A DNA stretch of 64,000 bases from Candidatus Eiseniibacteriota bacterium (lineage in GTDB: Bacteria; ARS69). The translations under genes were made by a program, and so were the position numbers. The notes beneath the pieces are model-generated. The model had not been told where the DNA came from. It saw only the letters and a program-made list of their open reading frames with translations, and searched no databases. The stretch lies in assembly GCA_052390515.1 (NCBI GenBank), contig JBQTGV010000036.1, forward strand, positions 20,779 to 84,778. Direction: 5' to 3'. This document shows positions 47,820 through 58,124 of the stretch, in pieces (the stretch's first letter is position 1; every line of letters starts with the position of its first letter).

Positions 47820-49153
47820 AGATCCTCATTCGCGGCGGGCGGGTGATCGATCCGGCGGCGGGACTCGACGGACCTGCGGACGTGCTCATCGAGAACGGGG
47901 TCATCGTCGCGGTGGAGCGCGGGATCGAGACCGAGGGAGCCAGGACCGTGAACGCCGCGGGGCTGGTCGTGACGCCGGGCTTCGTGGACATGCACGTGCA
48001 TTTCCGCGAGCCGGGTCAGGAGTACAAGGAAGACATCGCCTCGGGCTCTCGGGCGGCGGTGGCGGGCGGCTTCACGACAGTGGCGTGCATGCCGAACACG
48101 AGCCCGCCCGTCGACAACGAGGCGATCGTCTCGCGCATCGTTCGCCGGGCGGCGGAGGCGGGGCTCTGCCGCGTACACCCGATCGCGGCGATCACCAAGG
48201 GCCTCGGCGGCGAGGAGCTGACCGAGATGATGGTGCTCCGCGACGCGGGAGCCGTGGGCTTCTCCGACGACGGCCGCCCGGTGGAGAGCTCGCGGGTGCT
48301 GCGTCGCGCGCTGGAGTACGCGCGGCTGACCGGCGCGCCGATCATCTCGCACTGCGAGGACACGGCCCTCTCCGCCGGTGGACACATGCACGAGGGCGCC
48401 GTCAGCACGCGGCTCGGCATCGAGGGGATTCCCGGCGCGTCCGAGGACGTGGCCGTGGCGCGCGAGATCCGTCTGGCGGAGATCACCGGCGGCCGACTGC
48501 ACGTGTGCCACGTCTCCACCGCGCGCTCCGTCGAGCACGTCCGCCAGGCGAAGGAGCGCGGCGTGCGCGTCACCGCGGAGGTGACGCCGCATCACCTCGC
48601 GCTGACCGACGAGGCGGTGGAGGGCTTCGATCCCAACACGAAGATGAATCCGCCGCTGCGGGCCGAGGCGGACCGCCTGGCGATCATCCGCGGGGTGGCC
48701 GACGGCACTCTCGACGCGGTGGCGACGGATCACGCGCCGCACGCCGAAGTGGAGAAGCTCGTGGAGTACGATCGGGCGCCGTTCGGGATCATCGGATTGG
48801 AGACGGCGTTCGCGCTGGCGTCCGCGGTGCTGGTGGACGGCGGACACCTGGCGCTCGCCGACCTGATCGAGCGCATGACCATCGCGCCCGCGCGGATCCT
48901 GGGTCTGGACGCCGGCACGTTGCGCCCGGGACAGCCGGCCGACGTGACCGTGATCGATCCGGATCTCGCCTGGACCTTCGGACCCGAGGACGTGTTCTCC
49001 CGATCGAAGAACACGCCGTTCCTGGGCCGCCGCTTCCGCGGGCGCGTGCTGCTCACGCTGCTGGCCGGCAACGCGGTGCACGAGCGGGCCGAGATGCGAG
49101 GGCGTCTGGCCCTCGGTGGACAACCCCGAAGGCTGGAGGCCGCGGCGTCTTGA
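47816..49153 (+). CDS. pyrC: Dihydroorotase
   Basis: DMHVHFREPG, KMNPPLR and ATDHAPH; TTG start. Confidence 0.97.
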
Positions 49154-51024
49154 GCAGGGCGGGGAGACTCCTGGGGCTGGCCGCGGTGGGCGGGATCTGC
49201 CTGTCCTCGTGCGCCTACTTCAACACGCTGTACAACGCGCGCTTGAAGTTCGCCGAGGCTCAGGACCTCGCCCGCAAGGCCGATCCGGAGCGGGAGAAGA
49301 TCTCCCCGCAGGAGGAACGCCTCTACACCGAGGCGTTCGAGAAAGCGGCGAGGGTGGTGAAGTTCCACCCGGAGAGCAAATGGGTGGACGACGCGCTGCT
49401 GCTGATGGGGAAGACGTCCTTCGAGAAGGGCGACTACTCGACGGCGTTGCGCAAGTTCGACGAGGTGCTCACCTTCTACCCGGAGTCCGAGCTGACCGGG
49501 GAAGCGCTCCTGATGAAGGGCCGCACGCTGATCCAGGCCAAGGACTACGACGCCGGGATACAGGCGCTCTCCCGCGCGGTGGAGGCGAACGACGATGAGT
49601 TCCGCGACGACGTCGCGTACTTCCTGGGCGCCGTCCACCACGAGCGGGGCAACCTGGACGAGGCACTGGCGGCGTACGCCGACGTCGTCTCCCACTACCG
49701 CAAGAGCGAGTGGTTCGCGGAAGCCGGGCTCGCCGCGGGGGACATCGAGATGAAGCGGGGGAACGCGGAAGCGGCGGTGGGCTTCTTCGAGCAGGTCCGC
49801 CGTCACGGCAGCACGCTGGAGAGCCGCTATCACGGCGGCATGCGCAAGGGAGAAGCGCTGCTCTCGCTCAAGGAGTACGCCCGCGCGCGCACGACGTTCC
49901 GGGACGCCGCCGACCGGGTCATCGACGTGGACGACCGCGGGCACGCGCTGCTGATGGAGGGACGTGCGGCAGCGGCCGCCGGCGACGCGGACGAGGCACG
50001 CCGGATCTTCCGCTCGATCCTCGTCGACTACGAGCACCGCGAGGCGGCGGCCGACGCGCAGCTCGCCATGGCGGAGATGCGCGACGAAGTGGGAGACCTG
50101 ACCGAGGCGCTGGCCGAGTACGAGCTGGTGAAGGAGCAGGGGACTGGGCACCCCGCGTGGCAGAAGGCCACGGCACGGCGCTCCGAGATCCAGCGCGTGC
50201 TCGATCTGCGCGCGGCCGTCGCGGAGTCGACCGAGGTGGATCGGGACAAGAACCGCTTCCTCCTGGCGGAGCAGCTGCTGGAGCGCATCGGTGACGTGGA
50301 CGGCGCGCTGGCCGAGTACGATGCGCTCTCCAAGGAGTCACCGAACTCGGAGTGGGGGGCTCGAGCGCTCTTCGCCAGGGCCTGGATCCTGGAACACCGG
50401 CTCGGCCGGCCGGAGGCAGCCGACTCGGTGCTCTTCACGCTCGCCAACTACCACGCGGGCACGGAGGTCGACGCGTTCGCGCGGCGGCGTCTCGGGTACC
50501 CGGTCTGGCGCGTGGAAGAGGTCGAGCCGCCCCCCGTGCAGTTCGTCCGCGAGGAGTCCGATGATCGGCAGGTCGAGACGGTGCTGTCGCGCGTGGAGCC
50601 GCGCGCCGTCGCGCTGCCCGCCGGCGTCGATCAGGTGAAGGTCTGGGTGCGCGTGCGCGTGGGCGAGGAGGGGACACCCGTGGACGCGAAGGTGGCGAAG
50701 TCGGGCGGCGCGGAGTTCGACGAGGCGGCCGTCGAGGCGGCGCGGGCATCGCGCTTCCTCGCTCCGTCCGCGGGAGGCCCGGAGTACACGGTGATGGAGT
50801 ACGAGTTCCCGCCGCGCTCCGAGCCTCCCGCCGGCGAGCCATCGGCCGCGGAGCGCGACGCGATGCTCGATGCTCGCGACGCCACGCCGGTGGACACCCT
50901 CGTCGCTCCGGTGGACAGCTCCGCGGCTCCACCCGACTCGATCCTGCCTCCCGGCTCGGCGGCCTTCCGGGACCGGCTGATGCGCGAGCGGCTGCGGCGG
51001 GACGGCGATGACGGCGACTCTTGA
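49150..51024 (+). CDS. TPR lipoprotein with a C-terminal TonB-C-like domain
   Basis: Lipobox LSSC then AYFNTLYNA; repeated TPR helices; VRVRVGEEG...FDEAAVEAARASRF. Confidence 0.8.
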   Translation: MSRAGRLLGLAAVGGICLSSCAYFNTLYNARLKFAEAQDLARKADPEREKISPQEERLYTEAFEKAARVVKFHPESKWVDDALLLMGKTSFEKGDYSTALRKFDEVLTFYPESELTGEALLMKGRTLIQAKDYDAGIQALSRAVEANDDEFRDDVAYFLGAVHHERGNLDEALAAYADVVSHYRKSEWFAEAGLAAGDIEMKRGNAEAAVGFFEQVRRHGSTLESRYHGGMRKGEALLSLKEYARARTTFRDAADRVIDVDDRGHALLMEGRAAAAAGDADEARRIFRSILVDYEHREAAADAQLAMAEMRDEVGDLTEALAEYELVKEQGTGHPAWQKATARRSEIQRVLDLRAAVAESTEVDRDKNRFLLAEQLLERIGDVDGALAEYDALSKESPNSEWGARALFARAWILEHRLGRPEAADSVLFTLANYHAGTEVDAFARRRLGYPVWRVEEVEPPPVQFVREESDDRQVETVLSRVEPRAVALPAGVDQVKVWVRVRVGEEGTPVDAKVAKSGGAEFDEAAVEAARASRFLAPSAGGPEYTVMEYEFPPRSEPPAGEPSAAERDAMLDARDATPVDTLVAPVDSSAAPPDSILPPGSAAFRDRLMRERLRRDGDDGDS

Positions 51025-51838
51025 GATCGGCGCGGTCCGCCGCAGCGAGGACGCCGCTCCGGGCGTGGGACTGCTCTCGATCGTGCTGCCGCAGATCGCA
51101 GCCGGATACCGGCCGGGCACCTTCGTGCACCTGCTGACCGGATCGGGAGAGACGGTTCTGCGCCGGCCGTTCAGCATCGCGCGGGTGCGTGGCGACGAGG
51201 TCGTGCTGCTCTACCGCATCATCGGCTCGGGCACGCAGTGGATGCGCGCGCGCCGCTTCGGGGATCCGGTCGACGCCATGGGGCCGCTCGGTCGTGCGTT
51301 CGAGCTTCGCCGGGCGAAGCGCACGCTGCTCGTGGGCGGCGGGCTGGGGATCGCGCCGCTGCTCGGGCTGGCGGAGGCGCTCGCCGCCGCGGGACGGGGC
51401 GGCTCCATCGAGGCTCTGCTGGGTGTCCGCACCGAGGGCGACGTCTTCGGCCCGACGCTCACCGAGGGTCTCGAGCGCCTTTCGCTCACGTGGAGCTTCG
51501 CCACCGACGACGGCTCGGCCGGCTTCGCCGGGAACGTCGTGCAGCTCCTCGCGCGGCGTCTGGACGACCTGACCGCCCCCGGCGGCGACGCCAACTCCGA
51601 CCTCGCCGTGTACGCCGCCGGTCCGGAGCGCATGCTGGAGGCCACGGCCCACCTCTGCCTCGCGCGGGGGCTCGACCTGCAAGTGTCCATGGAGGCGCAC
51701 ATGGGCTGCGGCGTCGGTGCGTGCCGCGCGTGCGGCATCGTGACTTGGCGGGACCCCTCCCGCATCAACGGCCGCGTGTGCCGGGAAGGCCCGGTCTTCG
51801 ACGCGCGCGAGATCCAGTGGGAGGAGGTCGGCGCATGA
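51008..51838 (+). CDS. pyrK: Dihydroorotate dehydrogenase electron transfer subunit
   Basis: LRRPFSI, GGGLGIAP and MGCGVGACRAC...VCREGPVF. Confidence 0.93.
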   Translation: MTATLEIGAVRRSEDAAPGVGLLSIVLPQIAAGYRPGTFVHLLTGSGETVLRRPFSIARVRGDEVVLLYRIIGSGTQWMRARRFGDPVDAMGPLGRAFELRRAKRTLLVGGGLGIAPLLGLAEALAAAGRGGSIEALLGVRTEGDVFGPTLTEGLERLSLTWSFATDDGSAGFAGNVVQLLARRLDDLTAPGGDANSDLAVYAAGPERMLEATAHLCLARGLDLQVSMEAHMGCGVGACRACGIVTWRDPSRINGRVCREGPVFDAREIQWEEVGA

Positions 51839-52791
51839 TCCGCCCGGAGGACGTCGTCCTGGAGGTGCCGCTCGGCCGGGGAATCGTCCTGCGCAATCCG
51901 GTGCTCGCCGCCAGCGGCTGCTACGGCTACGGCGCGGATTACCGGGACTTCGTGGACAACGCGACGATCGGCGGCTTCGTGACGAAGAGCGTGACGCCGC
52001 TGCCGCGCCGGGGGAATCCGCACCCGCGCGTGGCCGAGACTCCCTCGGGCATGCTCAACTCGATCGGCCTCGAAAACTCGGGCATCGATCACTTCCTGGA
52101 GCACGAGTGGCCGGTCGTGCGCGAGGAGCCGTGCCTCGCGGTGCTGTCCATCGCCGCGGGCGCTCCCGAGGAGTACGTGGAGATGTGCGCGAAGGCCGAG
52201 CGTGCCGGCGGCGTGCGCGCCGTCGAGATCAACCTGTCCTGTCCCAACGTGAAGGAGGGTGGCCGTACGTTCGGCGCCGACCCGGATGCGGTGCGGGAGA
52301 TCCTCCGTGGTTGCCGCGAGGAGACGGACGCGTTCCTCATCGCCAAGCTGACGCCGAACGCGGACGTCGTGGCCATCGCCGAGGGGGCAGAGGACGGCGG
52401 GGCGGACGGGCTCTCCCTGATCAACACGCTGCTGGGCATGGCTCTCGATCCGGAGCGGCGGCGTCCGCTCGTCGCCATGGGTATGGCCGGGCTCTCCGGG
52501 CCGGCGGTCCGGCCGATCGCGCTGGCGATGGTCTACCGCGTCTGCCGCGCGACGCGGCTCCCCGTCATCGGGCTGGGCGGAATCGCCGGATGGAGGGACG
52601 CGGCCGAGTTCGTGCTGGCGGGCGCGCGCGCCGTTCAGGTGGGGACGGCCCTCTTCGCCAATCCCAAGGCGATGAACGAGATCATCGACGGACTCACGGA
52701 GTGGTGCGCGCGGCAGGGGCGAAGCTCGATCGTCGAGCTGGCCGGTGCGCTGGAGAGCGGGGACCTGATCGTGGAGGGACTCAGATCGTGA
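51835..52791 (+). CDS. pyrD: Dihydroorotate dehydrogenase 1B catalytic subunit
   Basis: GMLNSIGLEN, EINLSCPN, KLTPN and GLSGPAVRP. Confidence 0.96.
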   Translation: MIRPEDVVLEVPLGRGIVLRNPVLAASGCYGYGADYRDFVDNATIGGFVTKSVTPLPRRGNPHPRVAETPSGMLNSIGLENSGIDHFLEHEWPVVREEPCLAVLSIAAGAPEEYVEMCAKAERAGGVRAVEINLSCPNVKEGGRTFGADPDAVREILRGCREETDAFLIAKLTPNADVVAIAEGAEDGGADGLSLINTLLGMALDPERRRPLVAMGMAGLSGPAVRPIALAMVYRVCRATRLPVIGLGGIAGWRDAAEFVLAGARAVQVGTALFANPKAMNEIIDGLTEWCARQGRSSIVELAGALESGDLIVEGLRS

Positions 52792-53534
52792 GAGCCGCGA
52801 TGTCCGGACCGGGGGCCGCGGTGGACGCGAGACGCCGCGTCGCGGTGGCGTTCGACGTGGAGACGGCCGCCGAGGCTCTTCGCCTCCGGGACGCGCTCGG
52901 CGACTCGCTCGGGCTCGCCAAGCTGGGCAGCGCGCTCTTCGTGCGCGAGGGAATGCCGCTCGTCGAGCAGCTCCGGGAAGCCGGCGCCGGCATCTTCCTG
53001 GACCTCAAGTTCCACGACATTCCGAGCGTCGTCGGCAAGGCGGTGGAGAAAGCCGCGGCGAAGGGCGTCGACTTCCTGACGGTGCACGCCGCCGGCGGTG
53101 CCGCGATGATCGAGGCGGCCTGTCGCGCCGCGGAGACGGCCGGCACCGGAACGAAGGTGCTCGCCGTGACCGTGCTGACCAGCCTCGATCTCGCTGCGTG
53201 GCGAGCGGGCGCGTCCCCCGGCGAGGAGAACATCGAGGGTGCGGTCCAGCGGCTGGCGGCGCTCGCGGTGGGTGCGGGCGCGCACGGTCTGGTCGGTTCG
53301 GCCCGCGAGACCCGGATCCTCCGCGAGACCGGCGGCCCGCGCGCCTGGATCGTGACGCCCGGCATCTCCGTGCCCGGCAGCGAAGCCAGCGACCAGGCGC
53401 GCACCGTGACCGCGGAGGAAGCGGCGGCGAGCGGCGCCGACGTGCTCGTCGTCGGGCGCGGGGTGGTGCGCGCGGCGAGGCCGCGGGAGACGCTGCTCGC
53501 CATCCAGCAGGCGCTCGCCGGGGTGCGCGCATGA
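52788..53534 (+). CDS. pyrF: Orotidine-5'-phosphate decarboxylase
   Basis: FLDLKFHDIP, VTVLTS, VTPGI and DQAR; alternative start ATG52800. Confidence 0.95.
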   Translation: MRAAMSGPGAAVDARRRVAVAFDVETAAEALRLRDALGDSLGLAKLGSALFVREGMPLVEQLREAGAGIFLDLKFHDIPSVVGKAVEKAAAKGVDFLTVHAAGGAAMIEAACRAAETAGTGTKVLAVTVLTSLDLAAWRAGASPGEENIEGAVQRLAALAVGAGAHGLVGSARETRILRETGGPRAWIVTPGISVPGSEASDQARTVTAEEAAASGADVLVVGRGVVRAARPRETLLAIQQALAGVRA

Positions 53535-54118
53535 CCGGCGAAGCGCTGGTCGCCGTCTTCCGCGAGACCGGAGCGCTCCAGCGCGGCCACTTCCAGCTGT
53601 CGTCTGGGCTGCACTCCGACGTGTACTTCCAGTCCGCGCTCGTGCTGCAGCATCCGGACCGCGCGGGCCAGGTCGGCGCCGCGCTGGCCGCGGCGCTTGC
53701 CCCGCTCTCGCCGCGCGCGGTCGTCGGCCCGGCGCTCGGCGGCGTGATCATCGCGTGGGAGGTGGCGCGCGCGCTCGGCGTGCGCGGGCTCTTCACCGAA
53801 CGCAAGGACGGCGCGATGGTCCTGCGCCGCGGCTTTCGCCTCGAACCCGGGGAACGCGTCGTCGTGGTGGAGGACGTCGTCACGACGGGGCTGTCCAGCC
53901 GGGAGACGATCGCGGCGCTCGAGAATGCCGGCGGCCGGGTCGCCGGCGTGGGCGCCGTCGTGGACCGCTCCGGCGGCCGCGTGGACTTCGGGCTGCCGTT
54001 CCGGTCGCTGGTGAGCCTGCCGGTGGAGGCCTGGCCGGCGGCGGAATGCCCGCTCTGCCGGGCGGGAACACCTCTCTCGAAGCCCGGGAGCCGGCCCGGC
54101 GTCGCCGGGAGGGTCTGA
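53531..54118 (+). CDS. pyrE: Orotate phosphoribosyltransferase
   Basis: GHFQLSSGLHS and VVEDVVTTG. Confidence 0.96.
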   Translation: MTGEALVAVFRETGALQRGHFQLSSGLHSDVYFQSALVLQHPDRAGQVGAALAAALAPLSPRAVVGPALGGVIIAWEVARALGVRGLFTERKDGAMVLRRGFRLEPGERVVVVEDVVTTGLSSRETIAALENAGGRVAGVGAVVDRSGGRVDFGLPFRSLVSLPVEAWPAAECPLCRAGTPLSKPGSRPGVAGRV

Positions 54119-54221
54119 GCCTTCCCGCGGGCGTAGAATGGAGGGCGGCCGACACCGTCGGGTCGCTTGAGAAGCGCTGCCGGACGCCCGATGGTGCGGG
54201 AGGGCCCCCGGGAGTGCGCTC

Positions 54222-55235
54222 ATGTTTCACTTCCAGTTCCTCTCGCGGGAGATCGCCCGGCTCCTGGCCGAGCCGGCGCTCGTGCTCGGGTCGTTCTGGG
54301 GCGTGCGCGTCCGCCTGCACGCGAGCGCGGTCTACACCTTCGTCATCGCCGCCGAGGCCCTCTCCCGTGCCGTGGGCTCGGTCGTGCTGCCGGATCTGCC
54401 GCTCGCCGCGGGAGCGTTCGCGGCCGCGCTCGTCGCCTTCGCCTTCCTTTCGCTCGGCGCGCACGAGCAGGCGCGGGCCGCGGCCGCCGGCGGGCGCGAG
54501 GCACGGCTGACGCTGTACCTCCTCGGGGCGCAGGCCCAGGGAGCCGAACCGCAGTCTCCCCGGGCCGAGGCGAAGGCCGCCGCGGCCGGCTTGCTCGCCA
54601 GCGGAGTGATGGCCGCGCTCGCCGCGCTGGCATGGGAGCTGGCGGCGCGCGGCGGTGCGCACTCGTCGATCACGACCGGCGCCGCGCTGGTGGCCATCGC
54701 CAACGCGTGCCTGCTCGTGCTGCACGTGCTTCCGGTGCTGCCGCTCGACGGCGGGCGGATGCTGCGCTCCGCGCTCTGGGCGGCCGGCGGCGATCACCGT
54801 CGCGCCACGTGGCTCGCATCGCGGAACGGACGCTGGTTCGCGATCGGCATCATCGCCACGGGGGCGTCGATCCTGATCGCCGGATACGCGCTCGGGATCG
54901 TGCTGATCTTCGCCGGGTGGTGCGCCGGCGAGTCTGCGCACGGAACGGCCGCCGCGGCGCGCGCCGCGCTCGTTCAGAGTTTCCGCGGATCCGGTCCCGG
55001 CTCCGGCGCCCCGCCGTCCGCGCCCTTCGGTCCCGAGCGCGCCGGCAGCCGCCAGGTGAGGAAGCCGGCGACGGCGAGCACGAGCAGGCCGGGCACGCTC
55101 GCCTCCGCGCCGAAGGAGCCGCCGGTCCAGAGCGGCGCATCGCCGACGGTGACGTCCAGCAGCGCCGACGGCGTGGCGAGCCCGCTGACGGGCACGGACC
55201 AGAGCAAGGCGAGAGACCAGTTCCATCCGGCGTGA
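54222..55235 (+). CDS. Site-2 protease (M50)-like membrane protein with degenerate motifs
   Basis: GVRVRLH, HEQAR and HVLPVLPLDGGRML. Confidence 0.75.
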   Translation: MFHFQFLSREIARLLAEPALVLGSFWGVRVRLHASAVYTFVIAAEALSRAVGSVVLPDLPLAAGAFAAALVAFAFLSLGAHEQARAAAAGGREARLTLYLLGAQAQGAEPQSPRAEAKAAAAGLLASGVMAALAALAWELAARGGAHSSITTGAALVAIANACLLVLHVLPVLPLDGGRMLRSALWAAGGDHRRATWLASRNGRWFAIGIIATGASILIAGYALGIVLIFAGWCAGESAHGTAAAARAALVQSFRGSGPGSGAPPSAPFGPERAGSRQVRKPATASTSRPGTLASAPKEPPVQSGASPTVTSSSADGVASPLTGTDQSKARDQFHPA

Positions 55236-55894
55236 GCGCCGCAGGCCATGGCGACGTCACCACGCGCCCGCACCAGACCCGCCAGCGCCAGGCCCGCGAA
55301 GAAGATGCCGAGCAGTCCGTGACGTCCCACATCCGGATTGCCGGCGTGCAGCAGCGTGAACGAGCCGGCGAGGAACACCGCGGCCAGCGGGAACGGGACC
55401 GCGTTCGCGAGGTCGCGCTGCGAAGGACCGCGGAAGCCCAGCTCCTCGCGCGCGGATTCCAGGCCGAGCACCACGAGGAGCGCGGCGAACACGTCGGCGC
55501 GGCCGGATCCCAGTCCCTCCACGCGGATCGCGCCGGCGAGGACCGCCGGCACCACCGCGGCCGAGGCCGCGACCGCGCCGATCAGCACACCGCCGGCCCA
55601 CTCCTGCACCCAGCTCCGGTCCAGGCGGAGCAGCGGGCGCGGGAGGTTCGCCCCGTCGGCGCGTCCGTACGCCCGCGCCGCGGCCAGCGAGAGCGCGAAG
55701 GTGAGGCACACGACCGCCATCGGCCCGAGCGGTGACGGCGGGTCGCTGCCGAAAAGCTCCATCCAGGAGGCCGCACCCAGCAGGCCGGGTGCGTCGCGTA
55801 GCACGACCGGAATGAAGTACACGAGGAAGACGAAACCGAGCGCCCGCGCGACCAGCATCAGACGGCGCAGGGCTTCCGCGAAGCGAACGTCCAC
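54974..55894 (-). CDS. CPBP (Abi/CAAX) intramembrane metalloprotease
   Basis: EELGFRG, FTLLH and HAGWN. Confidence 0.9.
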   Translation of the reverse strand: MDVRFAEALRRLMLVARALGFVFLVYFIPVVLRDAPGLLGAASWMELFGSDPPSPLGPMAVVCLTFALSLAAARAYGRADGANLPRPLLRLDRSWVQEWAGGVLIGAVAASAAVVPAVLAGAIRVEGLGSGRADVFAALLVVLGLESAREELGFRGPSQRDLANAVPFPLAAVFLAGSFTLLHAGNPDVGRHGLLGIFFAGLALAGLVRARGDVAMACGAHAGWNWSLALLWSVPVSGLATPSALLDVTVGDAPLWTGGSFGAEASVPGLLVLAVAGFLTWRLPARSGPKGADGGAPEPGPDPRKL

Positions 55895-56044
55895 GTGATC
55901 AGTCCCTGACCAGGAAGGGCCGGCCGGTGTGCGCGGAGCCGACAGGGTCGGTCCGTTCCGGCCCCTCTGCCGCGCCCGCCGTTCCGAACGGCTGCCGGAC
56001 TTTACCGGTATCGGTCGGTTTCTCCCACAGCGCTCGCCGTGGCC

Positions 56045-56226
56045 CGGATCGTGCAGTCCCCCCGGCGAAGGACTTCCCTCCGGACGAAGACGGGGCGGGG
56101 CGTGCGGGAGCGGCCGAGGACTGCGGGTGTTTGGGGGCGCTCGTGGTCTGCGCTCCGGAGCGCACGCTCCCGCCTTCGTCTTCCTCCGGAGGTGGTCCGA
56201 CGTTTCGACCGGCGGGGCGCGCTCCG
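56045..56226 (+). other. Long imperfect intergenic hairpin, candidate ncRNA or repeat element
   Basis: 56077-56106 pairs with 56161-56192 and pairing extends both outward and inward. Confidence 0.55.
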
Positions 56227-56303
56227 ACCGCTCTCTCGCTCGAAGGTCTCTCCCGGCGTTCGTTCCCGACGACGAGTGGGAAGCCGCCCCCGCCGGTCCC
56301 TTG

Positions 56304-58058
56304 CTACCCGCGCGGGCCCCGCTCCGCGAGCCTCCGCTCCAGCGACTCCATCGTCTGACGGATCCGGTCCCGCTCCGCCGGCATGGTCGCCGGGACGAGC
56401 GGCAGTGCGCGCGCGAGCGCGGTGACCGCATCCCGCTCCCGACCGGCGCGAGCGTACGCCGAGCCGAGCAGCTGGAACGCGTTCCACGCACCCTCATCCT
56501 CCGGCCGAGCCCAGCGCTCCAGCGTGTCGATCGCGCTCGTCGGGTTGCGCCGATCCAGGAACACGCGCGCGAGCCCCATGGCGGCCAGCGAGGGATTCGG
56601 CTCTCCGAGAGAGACGGCGAGGACGAAGTCGCGCTCGGCCAGGTCGTCGAGCCGCTCCTCGAGATTGCGGTATCCGGACTGCACGAGGCTTCGCCCGTAG
56701 AACTCGGGAACGGTCAATCCGTCGCGGAGGGCGGACGGCGGCGACGGCACGCCCGGCTCGGAGTGCTCCCAGGCCAGCGGCGCCTTCTGCGGCGCGGTCT
56801 CGCGGACCGGCAGCAGCCGGAAGAGCAGGCCGTGCGGGATGGCCTTGCGGTCGGCACCGAGGACGGCGTCGCGGCGCGGGGCATCGAAGAACACCGACGC
56901 GTCGATGTAGACGTGCTGATCGCCGGCCTCCTGAATCCGCTGCCGGAACGCGCGCGCGTCCGGGTCTTCGCGGAAGACGACCTCTCCGGGGGTGGGGAAG
57001 TCGTCGCGCACCAGCGCGAGGTGCACGGGGTTCGTCGTGAGAAGCAGCGCTCCCTCGGGCAGGGAGAGGAGCGAATCCTCGGCCCACGCGGTTCCGCGCT
57101 CCGCCGAACGGTTCACCGCACGGAAGTTCATGGCGAGCAGCACGGCGGCGCCGAGGAGTCCGAGAGCGGGTAGGCGCGCCGGCGGGGTCCAGCGGCCGGC
57201 CGCGGCGAAGCCCGCCGCGGCGCACAGCAGGAGCGGCCACGCGACTAGCGCCGCCTCGAGTCCCGCGTCGGCTTCCCCGAGAAACCAGGCGGCGGCCGCG
57301 CCGGCGAAGGCGACGAGGAACGCGCGGAGCGACGTGGAACCGGCGGGCCGGAGCGCGAGCACGGCGGCAAGCGCGGCGAGTCCGACGGGTCCGACATTGC
57401 GCCAGAGAACGCGGGCGAATGCGCCGAAGTCCGCGCTGGTCTCGGCGGCAACCGACCATGCCGCCGCCGCTCCCGGCAGCGCGAGGAGCGCGAGGCCGAG
57501 CGCGAGACCGATCAGAGTGCGCGCGTTGCGCGGGGCCAGCAGGGCGAGGCCGGGGACGACGGCGAGGGCCAGCGGATGCGCGGCGGCCGCCGCGCCGAGA
57601 CAGAGGCCCCCCGCGAGCGGGCGCGAAGGCGTTGCCGTCCACGCCGCGGCGGCGCCGGCCAGCAGCGCGAGCACGACTGCGGTCGGCCCGGCCTCGAGCC
57701 CGGCACGGCCCAAGTCTCCGCCCAGGAGAACCGCGAGCCCGACGAAGAAGCCCGCGGCGAGATCGGCGCCGGGTCGATGCGCGAGCGAGCGGCCCGCGAC
57801 GACTGCGGAGAGAGCCGCTGCCGTGGCGAGAAGGACGCCGGCGGCGAGGTGCGCGCCCCAGAAGAGGCTGAGCGGCGCGTAAACGAGCCGGAGCAGGTCT
57901 ACGCCTAGGCGGAGGATGCGGGCCCAGACGGGGCCGTCGCCGAGCGCGGCCGCGGCGCGCGCATCCGCCGGTCCGAGCGCGCCGGAGGAGTGGAAGGCGA
58001 AGACCGCGGCGATGCCGAGCGCGAAGACCCATCGGAACAGGAGGCGGTCCGGCAGCAT
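56304..58058 (-). CDS. Polytopic membrane protein with C-terminal TPR (DUF2723/GT-C-like)
   Basis: About 10 TM helices, a soluble domain (PHGLLFRL) and a TPR tail. Confidence 0.65.
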   Translation of the reverse strand: MLPDRLLFRWVFALGIAAVFAFHSSGALGPADARAAAALGDGPVWARILRLGVDLLRLVYAPLSLFWGAHLAAGVLLATAAALSAVVAGRSLAHRPGADLAAGFFVGLAVLLGGDLGRAGLEAGPTAVVLALLAGAAAAWTATPSRPLAGGLCLGAAAAAHPLALAVVPGLALLAPRNARTLIGLALGLALLALPGAAAAWSVAAETSADFGAFARVLWRNVGPVGLAALAAVLALRPAGSTSLRAFLVAFAGAAAAWFLGEADAGLEAALVAWPLLLCAAAGFAAAGRWTPPARLPALGLLGAAVLLAMNFRAVNRSAERGTAWAEDSLLSLPEGALLLTTNPVHLALVRDDFPTPGEVVFREDPDARAFRQRIQEAGDQHVYIDASVFFDAPRRDAVLGADRKAIPHGLLFRLLPVRETAPQKAPLAWEHSEPGVPSPPSALRDGLTVPEFYGRSLVQSGYRNLEERLDDLAERDFVLAVSLGEPNPSLAAMGLARVFLDRRNPTSAIDTLERWARPEDEGAWNAFQLLGSAYARAGRERDAVTALARALPLVPATMPAERDRIRQTMESLERRLAERGPRG

Positions 58059-58124
58059 GGGATCAGGTTCGGGTTGGGGTGGAGGAAGCGCGGCGAACGA
58101 TTCTTGCCCGGAGCCGAGGGGGTG

